Below are positions 10,948 through 20,535 of a stretch of 64,000 nt of DNA, piece by piece. The position numbers were made by a program, and so were the translations under genes. Origin of the DNA: Candidatus Poribacteria bacterium (GTDB lineage: Bacteria > Poribacteria > WGA-4E > WGA-3G); assembly GCA_965197475.1 (NCBI GenBank), contig CBDANF010000003.1, positions 3,040,001 through 3,104,000 on the forward strand, in the 5' to 3' direction. The notes under the pieces are model-generated. The model saw only the letters and a program-made list of their open reading frames with translations, ran no database searches and had not been told where the DNA came from. The first letter of the stretch is position 1. Every line of letters starts with the position of its first letter.

Positions 10948-12036
10948 TTACGGCTGCCACAATGTTGCTTCAATAAATCGTTCACCGTCTGGTTCTTCAT
11001 CAAAATAGTAAACCGTTACCATGACACCGTCAGGACGTTGAACGGTGCGAGGATATCCGATATCATGATCACCACCATTATCCCGTAAAACAATTTCTTC
11101 ACCCCACGTTTTGCCATCATCTCTGCTCAACTTCGCACAGATGTGATGCGGTGCGTCCCGAAATCCGTAAGTAAGACATAGCCTGCCATCAAGTAGATGG
11201 GTTAACGTTGGTGGATTTCCACCGCGCCCTGTATCCTCAACAGGTTGGTTCATATTATACCACGTCTGTCCATTATCATCTGAACTGTAAAGATCAATCC
11301 AGTTTTGCAAGTTTTGCCAATCTTTGCCTGACTGGCTACTTCTACCGCGGCATCGGACAGCAACTAAAATTTGCGAAGCAGTGAGTCGAACACTTGCAGG
11401 CATAATCGCGAAACCTTCTGGCTCCGGTCCAATTTGAGAGAGCAGCGAAAAGGTCTTGCCACCATCGGTAGTACGTGCACAGAATACCAAACCCTCCTGT
11501 CCATTTGCTTTAGAAGCAGTCAAAAAAAGTAAACACACATCAGAACTTGAAATGAGATAGTCTGTCCGTGCTGCAATACCCGTATAACCGAACATCGGTA
11601 GTTGGAACGGACCATCCCAGCTGTAGCAACGATCGGTAGAGGTATAAAACCATGAGTGTGCGCCAGCTTTCAGACCAGACCTGCTGCACATCATTGCGAA
11701 ATCTGGATGTTCAAAGTTGACACTTTGCGGTGTGCTAAAGGCAGTATCCTCTTGTAGTCTGTGTTTGTTCTGTACGTGTTCGTCTGCAGATAAAGTTCCT
11801 GTTCCCGGCAAGCGGCATGGTGTTTCGGACACTGTCCACGTTTCGCCACCATCTGTGCTTCGTGCTTGCATTGCTGTAAAGGGTTTATCCTTGTCACGGC
11901 GATGAAACCCTGCATCTGATTTGTGATAACCTACGGTAAAACCGACAACGATTTCGTTGTCCCAAGACCAGACACCGTAGTTTGCTGGCCATCCAGCATA
12001 ACGTCCTTTTTCACGATAAATTGTAACCTGTCGCAT
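10948..12036 (-). CDS. BNR/Asp-box sialidase-like protein
   Basis: Asp-boxes STDGGETW, TTDGGKTF, SDDNGQTW, SRDDGKTW and DIGYP. Start placed at MRQVTIY. Confidence 0.85.
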   Translation of the reverse strand: MRQVTIYREKGRYAGWPANYGVWSWDNEIVVGFTVGYHKSDAGFHRRDKDKPFTAMQARSTDGGETWTVSETPCRLPGTGTLSADEHVQNKHRLQEDTAFSTPQSVNFEHPDFAMMCSRSGLKAGAHSWFYTSTDRCYSWDGPFQLPMFGYTGIAARTDYLISSSDVCLLFLTASKANGQEGLVFCARTTDGGKTFSLLSQIGPEPEGFAIMPASVRLTASQILVAVRCRGRSSQSGKDWQNLQNWIDLYSSDDNGQTWYNMNQPVEDTGRGGNPPTLTHLLDGRLCLTYGFRDAPHHICAKLSRDDGKTWGEEIVLRDNGGDHDIGYPRTVQRPDGVMVTVYYFDEEPDGERFIEATLWQP

Positions 12037-12108
12037 CTTTACGCTCCAATAGTAGTTTTTTGGATAGTATAGCAGCACCGTATTGAATTTTCAATCTTCA
12101 TGTTTTCC

Positions 12109-12137
12109 TTGACAAGAGACAGAATATCGCATAAAAT
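12109..12137 (+). promoter_or_regulatory. sigma70-type promoter
   Basis: TTGACA-17 nt-TAAAAT upstream of the Ldh_2 gene. Confidence 0.6.
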
Positions 12138-12197
12138 ATGAACATACTTTCGCAATTTTATTGTAGAACAGACATACTTTTTCAAAGGACAGAATAT

Positions 12198-13268
12198 ATG
12201 GAAAAAACACATCTTTTTCACGCGCCGCACCTTCATGCAATTGCACGAACCATCTTTGTTGCTGCTGGAACATCTCAACACATTGCTAACGACGTTGCCG
12301 AGATTCTTGTTAAAGCGCATCTTGCGGGTCATGATTCACACGGAGTGCTCCGAATCCCAGCGTATATCAGAGGTGTTGATGCTGGACACATAAAACCTTC
12401 TGCTGAGCCTGAAGTTGTTGCTGAAACCGATAACACCTTACGCGTTGAGGGAAACGGTTGTTTTGGACACTATGTTTCACGTTGGTCAATGCGAAAAGCC
12501 ATAGCGAAGGCAAAAACATCTGCTTCTTGTTGTGTGAGCATCTTCAATACTGGACATATCGGTCGTTTGGGTGAGTATGCGGAAGACGCGGCGGGAGCAG
12601 GTTGTATCGGGCTTATTTCTGTCGGAATGGGTGGAAAAGGTGCGGGACCGACAGTGCCTTATGGCGGTTCACAAGGCACTTTCAGCACGAATCCTATCGC
12701 TATTGGTGTTCCTACAGGTGATGATACACCTTTCATTGTTGACTATGCTACGAGCGTGATTGCTGAAGGTAAAATACAGGTTGCGCGTAGCAATGGGACT
12801 GAACTTCCAGAAGGATGCATTTTGGATAAGCATGGCGCACCAAGTATCAAACCTGCTGATTTCTACGATGGAGGCGCGCTCCTGGCATTCGGCAAACATA
12901 AGGGATATGCCCTCGCAATGTTTACATGTCTGCTCGGAGGATTGGCGGGAACGTTTGATGCTGAAACCGGACGGATGGGCGGCATCTTCATGCAAACAAT
13001 TGATGTCAATGCCTTTACACCTGTTACAGAATATCAGAAAGGTGTTCGTGCTTTTTTGGATGTCATTAAAGCTACACCACCTGCTACCGGATTTGATGAA
13101 GTCTTGGCTCCAGGGGATTTTGAATCCCGCTACCGTGCTGAACGTCTTAAGAACGGCATTGAAATACCAGAAACGATCAAAAATCAACTGCAGGAATGTG
13201 CAGAAAATCTGAATATCTCAATAGGTGAAGAAATAATTGAAGTAGAGGATAAGGTGCGTTACCAATAA
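12198..13268 (+). CDS. Ldh_2 family (malate/L-lactate/ureidoglycolate-type) dehydrogenase
   Basis: GHDSHG, HIGRLGEY, TNPIA and HKGYAL motifs. Confidence 0.9.
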   Translation: MEKTHLFHAPHLHAIARTIFVAAGTSQHIANDVAEILVKAHLAGHDSHGVLRIPAYIRGVDAGHIKPSAEPEVVAETDNTLRVEGNGCFGHYVSRWSMRKAIAKAKTSASCCVSIFNTGHIGRLGEYAEDAAGAGCIGLISVGMGGKGAGPTVPYGGSQGTFSTNPIAIGVPTGDDTPFIVDYATSVIAEGKIQVARSNGTELPEGCILDKHGAPSIKPADFYDGGALLAFGKHKGYALAMFTCLLGGLAGTFDAETGRMGGIFMQTIDVNAFTPVTEYQKGVRAFLDVIKATPPATGFDEVLAPGDFESRYRAERLKNGIEIPETIKNQLQECAENLNISIGEEIIEVEDKVRYQ

Positions 13269-13286
13269 TTTTTATGAGAGTTTCTT

Positions 13287-13361
13287 GTAGGAGCGGTTTT
13301 CAACCGCGATTTTTGATAATTTATGTGAGAATCTTTTGTAGGAGCGGTTTTCAACCGCGAT
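13287..13361 (+). repeat. two tandem GTAG REP-like palindromes, family B
   Basis: GTAGGAGCGGTTTTCAACCGCGAT at 13287 and 13338. Confidence 0.7.
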
Positions 13362-13443
13362 TTTTTAAGGACACCTCTGTAAACCTATCTCTTTCTAACT
13401 TTCGAGCGTTAATTGTGCCAACCTTCCCAGGATAAAAAATCTC

Positions 13444-15951
13444 ATGCAACACAGATACCTATTTCTCACAATTACGTTTCTCATAATCTTTCCACTCATT
13501 ACCACTGCTCAAGACCACACCGCATTAACCCACGGCGGCAGTGTTCAAGCGGTGGCATATTCACCTGTCAATTCTTCACTTATTGCCAGTGCTGGCGGCA
13601 ATCACACGGTTAAATTGTGGGATTTGGCAGAGGGAGTTGTAACAACTTTAGGTAGCCATAGCGAAATTGTCAATTCAATCGCTTTTTCACCGGATGGACA
13701 GCGGCTTGTTAGTGGTAGCGATGATGCCACCCTAAAATTGTGGGATGTGACAGGTAAACGCCACCTTTCGACGCTTTCACATATTACCGACCGTGCCCGA
13801 TCACAAATCAAAGCGGTTTCCTTCTCATCTGATGGGCAAAAAATAGCCACATCTGGAATACACGTAAAGATATGGGATATCCATACGCTCAGAGAAATTA
13901 TGACACTTAGACATAGTGAATGGATTTTTGCTGTAGCGTTCTCTACGGATGGAAAATTCCTCGCCACAGGGGATGCAAGTGGTCAGATAAACGTAAGGAA
14001 TCTCCAAAGCCAACAAGATGTTGTCCAATTCCAAGGTGATCCTGATTTTATAACTACTGTTAAGTTTTCACCTGATGACCAAACACTTGCAAGTGCTGGG
14101 TATAACGGGGGTGTAAAGTTATGGAAACTATCGAATTGGGAACTCATTGGGACGTTACCTACTAAAGGGACAGTTTCTGACCTCACTTTTTCGCCAGATA
14201 GTAGCATATTGGCTGGCACAGATTATGAAGCAGTGAACCTTTGGACAACTCACAACGGCGAAAATATCGCGACACTTCTTGGACACGAAGGGTGGGTGTA
14301 TGCTGCTTCTTTTTCGCCTGATGGGACTTCCCTAACAAGTGGAGGTAGTGATGGAACGTTACGGCTCTGGGATGTAACGCCTTATCAATCTGTTCCGCAT
14401 GATATGGTGAGAATTATCTATTTCATTCCACGTGACCGTGCTGCGCAACTCAATATGTGGACAAAACTAAATCGTCTCATCAGAGATGTACAGGACCTTT
14501 ATGCTGACCAGATGGAAGCGAATGGCTTCGGCAGAAAAACATTTACGTTTGAAACTGATGATAACGAACAAACCGTTGTCTATCGCGTTGATGGAAGGTT
14601 TCATGACCTTTACTATCACACGGATACCACCAATAAGATTCGTGCTGAAGTTGTTTCGCAGTTTGATATGGAAAAACACGTTTATCTGATTGTTGCAGAG
14701 GTCAGCAGCCAAGCCATTGAACAAGAGGATGTGTGTGGAGTCGGTGGCAGTGATTGGCTTGTATTAGATCGTCAGGTAAAATCACGTGGTGGATACGCGG
14801 TTATCCCCGCATCCGGAGACTGTTTTGATGGTGATGCAGGTAAATACGTCACAGCCCATGAACTTGGACATGCTTTCGGATTAGACCACGACTTTCGAGA
14901 CGATAGATACATCATGTCTTACGGTGCGGCTCCGGATCGGTTTGCCGAATGTGCCGCAGAATGGTTGAGTGTTAGTCGGTTTTTTAATACAGACAATATT
15001 GCCTTTAATGATCTGACTATGCTACAGATGCTTACTTCAGAGACTTATCCACCAAATGCCACCAGTTTCCCAATTATATTTCAGATTACTGAACTTGATG
15101 GCATTCATCAAGTTCAGTTGCTTGTTCAAACAACTGAAAATGACCCTGCATCCGGTACCAAGTTACATAGTTGTCAACGAATCGAGGCACAAAGTAGTAC
15201 TGTAAAATTCGATATTTCTTTCTTAACAACACTACCTACAAGCACTATTACGTTAAAAGTAATTGATGTTCTTGGAAATATTACACGTCAAGAATTTGTG
15301 CTAAGGGCAGGGGAATCCCCATCAGTCGAAAACCGAGCTGATATAAACGAAGATGGAACGGTGGATACGACCGATCTTGTACTTGTTGCAGCACATTTTG
15401 GCGAAACAATTATTGGAAGTGTCAACCCGAATCCTGATGTGAATCAGGATGGTATTGTGGATATTCTTGATCTGTTATTGGTGGTAAATGAACTTAATTC
15501 TACTAATGCTGCACCAGCCTACTCTCATCAGATTGCTACACTTGATGTGATAACGTTACAATTATGGATTGAGCAGGCAAAACGACTCCCGAATAGAGAT
15601 GCAACCGTAGAAAAAGGGATTGCAGTTCTTGAACAACTGCTCGCAGCCTTGATGCCAACCGAAACATGCCTCTTGGAAAACTATCCGAATCCGTTCAATC
15701 CAGAGACGTGGATTCCGTATCAGTTAGCAACTGCCTCTGATGTTACGATAACAATATATGATGTGCGTGGAAACCTTATCCGAACGTTAGATTTGGGACA
15801 TCAACCTGCTGGCACATATCAGAATCGCAGTAGCGCAGCCTATTGGAATGGTCGTAATGAAAATAGTGAACTGGTCGCAAGTGGTCTCTATTTTTATACC
15901 TTATCTGCAGGTGATTTCACTGCGACTCGGAAGATGCTGCTGAGGAAGTAA
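13444..15951 (+). CDS. secreted WD40 repeat + zinc metallopeptidase + dockerin-like + C-terminal FlgD/T9SS-like domain protein
   Basis: Signal peptide, WD40 repeats, HELGHAFGLDH with Met-turn (YIMSY), DINEDGTVDTTDL / DVNQDGIVDILDL, and NYPNPFNPETWIPYQL...TRKMLLRK. Confidence 0.88.
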   Translation: MQHRYLFLTITFLIIFPLITTAQDHTALTHGGSVQAVAYSPVNSSLIASAGGNHTVKLWDLAEGVVTTLGSHSEIVNSIAFSPDGQRLVSGSDDATLKLWDVTGKRHLSTLSHITDRARSQIKAVSFSSDGQKIATSGIHVKIWDIHTLREIMTLRHSEWIFAVAFSTDGKFLATGDASGQINVRNLQSQQDVVQFQGDPDFITTVKFSPDDQTLASAGYNGGVKLWKLSNWELIGTLPTKGTVSDLTFSPDSSILAGTDYEAVNLWTTHNGENIATLLGHEGWVYAASFSPDGTSLTSGGSDGTLRLWDVTPYQSVPHDMVRIIYFIPRDRAAQLNMWTKLNRLIRDVQDLYADQMEANGFGRKTFTFETDDNEQTVVYRVDGRFHDLYYHTDTTNKIRAEVVSQFDMEKHVYLIVAEVSSQAIEQEDVCGVGGSDWLVLDRQVKSRGGYAVIPASGDCFDGDAGKYVTAHELGHAFGLDHDFRDDRYIMSYGAAPDRFAECAAEWLSVSRFFNTDNIAFNDLTMLQMLTSETYPPNATSFPIIFQITELDGIHQVQLLVQTTENDPASGTKLHSCQRIEAQSSTVKFDISFLTTLPTSTITLKVIDVLGNITRQEFVLRAGESPSVENRADINEDGTVDTTDLVLVAAHFGETIIGSVNPNPDVNQDGIVDILDLLLVVNELNSTNAAPAYSHQIATLDVITLQLWIEQAKRLPNRDATVEKGIAVLEQLLAALMPTETCLLENYPNPFNPETWIPYQLATASDVTITIYDVRGNLIRTLDLGHQPAGTYQNRSSAAYWNGRNENSELVASGLYFYTLSAGDFTATRKMLLRK

Positions 15952-15958
15952 AACATGA

Positions 15959-16369
15959 CTACTGCCGCAAATCAATTCCCATTATCGTAAAGTGGCGGTC
16001 AAACGCAAAAGCCTCAGAGACGTTATTAAATCGACATATCACAAAACTGGTGCAATCCGTAAAGGATAAACGTGCCGAGTCATACTGGCAAAAAAGAGTT
16101 TTTGCCTTTGTAAACGCCATTTCGTCAATTTCTGCAAGGGTTAATACTCCTGTCTCCACAAGGAGGTCAATACGGTTCAGGAATTGAACTGCAAGGGAAT
16201 GGTTCGTGTCATACCTGAGACGGGTAGCGGTTTCATCAATCACATAATCTGTAGTTAGGAGGCGAATTTGCTGTTGTTGTAAACCTTCAAACACAGCCAC
16301 AGCATCACGATGATGTTGATCCCTTTGATTTAAGAGAGCGAGCCAAGCACCTGTATCAACAAAGATCAT
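15959..16369 (-). CDS. vapC: PIN-domain (VapC-like) ribonuclease toxin
   Basis: MIFVDTGAW, TTDYVIDE, LSFTDCTSF and AFAFDRHF carry the acidic catalytic residues. Confidence 0.9.
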   Translation of the reverse strand: MIFVDTGAWLALLNQRDQHHRDAVAVFEGLQQQQIRLLTTDYVIDETATRLRYDTNHSLAVQFLNRIDLLVETGVLTLAEIDEMAFTKAKTLFCQYDSARLSFTDCTSFVICRFNNVSEAFAFDRHFTIMGIDLRQ

Positions 16370-18177
16370 GTTTTAGACTGTGTTTCATAGATAACGTCAT
16401 CGTGATTGACAGAGCCATCAGTCGGACCAGAGTCGGCGATTCCAATCATCTCACCCATAGTAGCATATCCTGCCGCCATCTGATTCTTTTCAACAAATTC
16501 GCGGATCCGACCATTTTTTATAAGCGTAATAAAGAAATCAAGTACGTTCGTTGCACCGTTGAGAATTTCGATAAACACATCGCGTAGGCTTTGGGTTTCA
16601 ATGTCGAAATGCTTTGCAATTTTCAAATAGTTACGCCCTTTTCGATGTGCACTTCCACTTGAGCGTAGACTTTGGAGTTTTTTCAGAAAAGTAATGTGGA
16701 CATCTGCGCCTTCAATGCCGTTCACATGTAGGGTAGTCTCAAGTAGTCCGATACCTCTTTTACCTTTAAACTCTTTCCGTTTCTCAAAAGGAATTAACTT
16801 TTTCAAATATGCTTCATTCAGGGAATCAATTAGAACCTTTGTCAGACTCAGAACTACTTCATCAAAGTCGCGCTGTTCATCAGTTGCGGGAATTCTCAGG
16901 CATTCAAGATGATATGCATCTGCAGTGCTTAGTGGTAACAACCACTGTTCACCAAGATGATCTTGACTCACCTTTTGTAAATCACGATAACGTTGTTCAA
17001 AAATATGCTCAGGCATATCTGAATTTTTGAATTGGGCACCCAACTGACGGTCAAAAAACGTTTTGCTTATCCCACCTGTTGGTGGAATATTATGTAGTCG
17101 CCAATGTTGCTGTTCGCTATAAGGCAGATCACGTCCAAGATCACCTAACCACATACAAACTTTATCTTTGTGATGGTTATCAATAAAGACACACCACAAA
17201 CTACCGCACGTTAAAATAGAATCCTCAACGCTGTATTTTTCTTCTTGAATGTATTTGCCTAAAACTTTCTTACTGAAATGGACGGGAGTTAGATAACTTG
17301 GGGCATCATTATCCACACCACGAATATTTTCTGGATCGGCAGGCGTTTTTAGTTCATCTGGATTGGAAGTGTAGATAATTTCATCTCCGTTTTCATCAAC
17401 ATCAATAATGAATTCCTCAAATTTCTCTTCTGTTTCCTCCGCGAAGGGCCAGAAACCACTTTTTGCCTTTGGTAACGGTTCAACTAACCTTTTTCCGACC
17501 AAGCGACTGAAAGCATGACAATTATTTATTCCGTGGAGGTCACCATACCGTAGCATCCAACACATCAGTCCATCCTGAAAATTTTCGTCGCCAGCCTGCA
17601 AGTCTAGTTCTTCCAACGAATGTAATGAAGTTTCACTAAAAATGAATTGAATAGCAAGATGCATCTCCTTGACTGCCAAGAATTGACGAATTTCTTTGAG
17701 CCGAATCTGGATGCGGTCTGGTTTGACAATTGCCACGATCTCCTCATTTCCAACGTCATCTATCTTGAGGTATTGATCCGTTTTTCTATCGTGATAGAGC
17801 TCGTGGAACAAGCGAAATTCTTCGGATATTTCCCTATAATCATCCTTTATTTTATGAAAATTTCTATCAATAATCAAAGGTTCAACACCATTATCAACAC
17901 CATAACGTAAATATTCGCGTTGCAATTCACCTTGTTTGTGGTACGTTACACCACTTGGCATGCCATCAGAAAGTTCCAAATTCCAAGTTGAGTCAGCAAG
18001 CGAATCCTGAATTTGAGAAGATGGAATCAGAGCACAAAAGATGTAACGTTTACTATGTTTTTTTGTATCTTTGTCCACTCTATACACAGTGACCATATCA
18101 TTTGACTTTAACTCGCGCTGCATTTCTGCTAATGTATGTGTTTGCGAAAGTCGTTTTTTGTCTGTATTGATACTCAT
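16366..18177 (-). CDS. large conserved hypothetical protein with HEPN-like RxxxxxH motif and antitoxin-like C-terminal tail
   Basis: AAAGGAGG RBS before ATG 18177; LQSLRSSGSAHRKG; tail IGIADSGPTDGSVNHDDVIYE; ATGA overlap with the PIN gene. Confidence 0.7.
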   Translation of the reverse strand: MSINTDKKRLSQTHTLAEMQRELKSNDMVTVYRVDKDTKKHSKRYIFCALIPSSQIQDSLADSTWNLELSDGMPSGVTYHKQGELQREYLRYGVDNGVEPLIIDRNFHKIKDDYREISEEFRLFHELYHDRKTDQYLKIDDVGNEEIVAIVKPDRIQIRLKEIRQFLAVKEMHLAIQFIFSETSLHSLEELDLQAGDENFQDGLMCWMLRYGDLHGINNCHAFSRLVGKRLVEPLPKAKSGFWPFAEETEEKFEEFIIDVDENGDEIIYTSNPDELKTPADPENIRGVDNDAPSYLTPVHFSKKVLGKYIQEEKYSVEDSILTCGSLWCVFIDNHHKDKVCMWLGDLGRDLPYSEQQHWRLHNIPPTGGISKTFFDRQLGAQFKNSDMPEHIFEQRYRDLQKVSQDHLGEQWLLPLSTADAYHLECLRIPATDEQRDFDEVVLSLTKVLIDSLNEAYLKKLIPFEKRKEFKGKRGIGLLETTLHVNGIEGADVHITFLKKLQSLRSSGSAHRKGRNYLKIAKHFDIETQSLRDVFIEILNGATNVLDFFITLIKNGRIREFVEKNQMAAGYATMGEMIGIADSGPTDGSVNHDDVIYETQSKT

Positions 18178-18307
18178 GATGTCCTCCTTTCTGTCATTCG
18201 GATAGAACATACACATTAATTATACCACATTTTTCCTTGCATTCCAAAAGAATATCCACTAAACTAATGCACCGATACAATTGTATTTCTCATAAGGAGA
18301 TAACGAT

Positions 18308-19393
18308 ATGGCAGTACGAGTAGGTATTATTGGTACAGGTGGCATTTCACGTGCACACCGTAGTACCTATGAGAAAGTAGGCGGTTTTGAGATCATCGCG
18401 GTGTGCGACATCATCAAAAGTAGGGCGAACCAAGCCGCTGAAGAGTGGGGGGTCCCGAAAAAGAACGCCTTTTCAAGTTACAACAAGATGCTCGAAATGG
18501 ACGGACTTGATGCTGTAAGTGTCTGTACTTACAATCAGGGACATCGGCGGCCGACGGTTGCGGCATTGAACGCTGGTAAACACGTCCTCTGTGAAAAACC
18601 GATGGCAGCGACGCTTCCAGATGCGACCGCGATGGTACGGGCAGCAAAGGCATCAGGCAAAATCTTACAAATCGGTCTCAATCCCACGTTTAGTCCGAGA
18701 CTCCAATTCGCGAGGAAGCTGATTGACGAAGGATTACTCGGTGATATCTATTACTCTGAATCCGCAGGGTGCAGGCGACGAGGAAATCCGGGACATACGT
18801 TCATCTACAAAAAGACAGCGGGCGCGGGGGCAACCGTCGATATCGGTGTCTACAATATGCATAGATCGCTGTATGCGATGGGGTATCCGAAACCGGTGCG
18901 TGTCTCTGCTATCACAGAGGATTATATCTCGCAGCAAGATCCGAGATTTCGCGGTATCATGGATGTTGAAGAGTTCGGTGTCGCATGGGTCCGATTTGAA
19001 AATGGTGGCGTAATGGTGTTTAAGATCTCTTGGGCAGTGCATGCGAACTCACTCGGTGGCAACTTCTGTCTCGGTAAAAAAGCGGGGATTTCTTTGGATG
19101 GACCGGTTATTTACGCCGATGCGTATGCAGGTGATCTCAAGAAGTTTGTCGAATCGGAGGGATTAACAGCGGAACCGAACCCACCAGAAGGGATGACGAC
19201 TATCCAGTTCTCAGGATTCCCAAATGAAGATAACTGGGCGGCACAGATGATTGCATTCCGTGAAGCCGTCAAAGCAGACGCGCCATCGCCGATACCACCG
19301 GAGGGTGTACTCCTCACGAATGTGATTATGGATGGTATCTTCCGCTCGCATGCAGCGGGCAAAGAGGTTGCGGTGAGAGTGCCTGAAATCTAA
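18308..19393 (+). CDS. Gfo/Idh/MocA family oxidoreductase
   Basis: GIIGTGGI, GKHVLCEKP, DIGVY. Confidence 0.9.
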   Translation: MAVRVGIIGTGGISRAHRSTYEKVGGFEIIAVCDIIKSRANQAAEEWGVPKKNAFSSYNKMLEMDGLDAVSVCTYNQGHRRPTVAALNAGKHVLCEKPMAATLPDATAMVRAAKASGKILQIGLNPTFSPRLQFARKLIDEGLLGDIYYSESAGCRRRGNPGHTFIYKKTAGAGATVDIGVYNMHRSLYAMGYPKPVRVSAITEDYISQQDPRFRGIMDVEEFGVAWVRFENGGVMVFKISWAVHANSLGGNFCLGKKAGISLDGPVIYADAYAGDLKKFVESEGLTAEPNPPEGMTTIQFSGFPNEDNWAAQMIAFREAVKADAPSPIPPEGVLLTNVIMDGIFRSHAAGKEVAVRVPEI

Positions 19394-19407
19394 AGAATCA
19401 ATATTTT

Positions 19408-19470
19408 GTAGAACGAGGTCCCCGTGCCTCGTTCCAAATCATTGTAGGGCGAGGTCTCTGAGCCTCGCCA
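19408..19470 (+). repeat. two GTAG REP-like palindromes, family C
   Basis: GTAGAACGAGGTCCCCGTGCCTCGTTCC and GTAGGGCGAGGTCTCTGAGCCTCGCC between convergent genes. Confidence 0.7.
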
Positions 19471-19471
19471 T

Positions 19472-20524
19472 TTAGAAATGATAAATAACAAAAATCCTTC
19501 CCCGCTTCCCACCAACATCTACATTAACCTGCTGCCTCGTTTTTAACGATTCCTGCTGTTTGAGTATTTTGTCTAAAAGTGTATGATTTAATGTAAGCAG
19601 CACCATTTTCCCGCCCGACTTGAGGACATTTTCAAACTGACTAACACATTGCCGATATAGATATGCAAGGTGAGAGGTATTTCCGTTTCTTTCGGGTATT
19701 TGTAGATTACATACAATTTTGTCAATCATGTTCGGTTGCAGTGGCAATTTTTGGGCATCCCAATGAAAGAATTGACGTGGTTGATGCTGCCTCCCAAAAT
19801 TTTTCTGAGTAGCGTCTAATGCATCTTCAGAAATATCCCCACCGATAAGGTGACGATAACGACCTGTAACAGCACGCTCCAACAGAATCGTCCCCGAACC
19901 ACACATCGGATCTAAGTATATATCGTTCGGATGCGGTTGCGAAAGCCACACCATGCTATACGCCAAAGTTGGTTTAGTTGATTGTGGCACGCGTACTAGT
20001 TTGTTGGAACGTTGCGCCATGTCAGTCTTTGAAAGCCGTATACTGATATAGCCATCCTCACCATGCACCTCTGCCCACACGTCTAACCCCGAACTTGACT
20101 GTGTCAAATGCCAACCTCGATTGATCAATGCCCTTTCAACAATTTGCTGTAAATCCCGTTTTTGAAAGTTGCGAAATCCGGTCATCCTACTAATGACACG
20201 AAACGGAATCCGTTTCCGCATGCTGATACCGATTTGCCGACAACAGGCTAACGCTTTCGCAAAGTTGAACCGAGTAAGCGAACTACTAATAGCAGATAAT
20301 GATCGGCGCGAACGGGTCATTTTAGGAATATGTTTTACCACAAGGAACAGATGTTCCGCTGCCCGCAGTGATAGTAAATCTTTTGCATTGCCAGAATATT
20401 GGAACACAATTCTTTGTGGTTTGCGCATGAGGATTTTGAATTGTTCTGTATCCCCGAAGCGCGAAATTATTTCTTGGCGTGCTATGTTTTCAAGTCCAGC
20501 AGAGACGAAAATTGAATATATCAT
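19472..20524 (-). CDS. THUMP-domain RNA methyltransferase (Trm14/RlmL-like)
   Basis: AGLE...EI N-terminus, DPMCGSGTIL, GGDIS, WDA. Confidence 0.8.
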   Translation of the reverse strand: MIYSIFVSAGLENIARQEIISRFGDTEQFKILMRKPQRIVFQYSGNAKDLLSLRAAEHLFLVVKHIPKMTRSRRSLSAISSSLTRFNFAKALACCRQIGISMRKRIPFRVISRMTGFRNFQKRDLQQIVERALINRGWHLTQSSSGLDVWAEVHGEDGYISIRLSKTDMAQRSNKLVRVPQSTKPTLAYSMVWLSQPHPNDIYLDPMCGSGTILLERAVTGRYRHLIGGDISEDALDATQKNFGRQHQPRQFFHWDAQKLPLQPNMIDKIVCNLQIPERNGNTSHLAYLYRQCVSQFENVLKSGGKMVLLTLNHTLLDKILKQQESLKTRQQVNVDVGGKRGRIFVIYHF

Positions 20525-20535
20525 TAAAAACCTTT

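Noticed and set aside
13287-13361. Two identical 24-nt repeats 51 nt apart, possible mini-CRISPR
   Set aside because: Only two units, the flanking sequences resemble each other, the repeats have the GTAG-hairpin REP form, and no cas genes are present.
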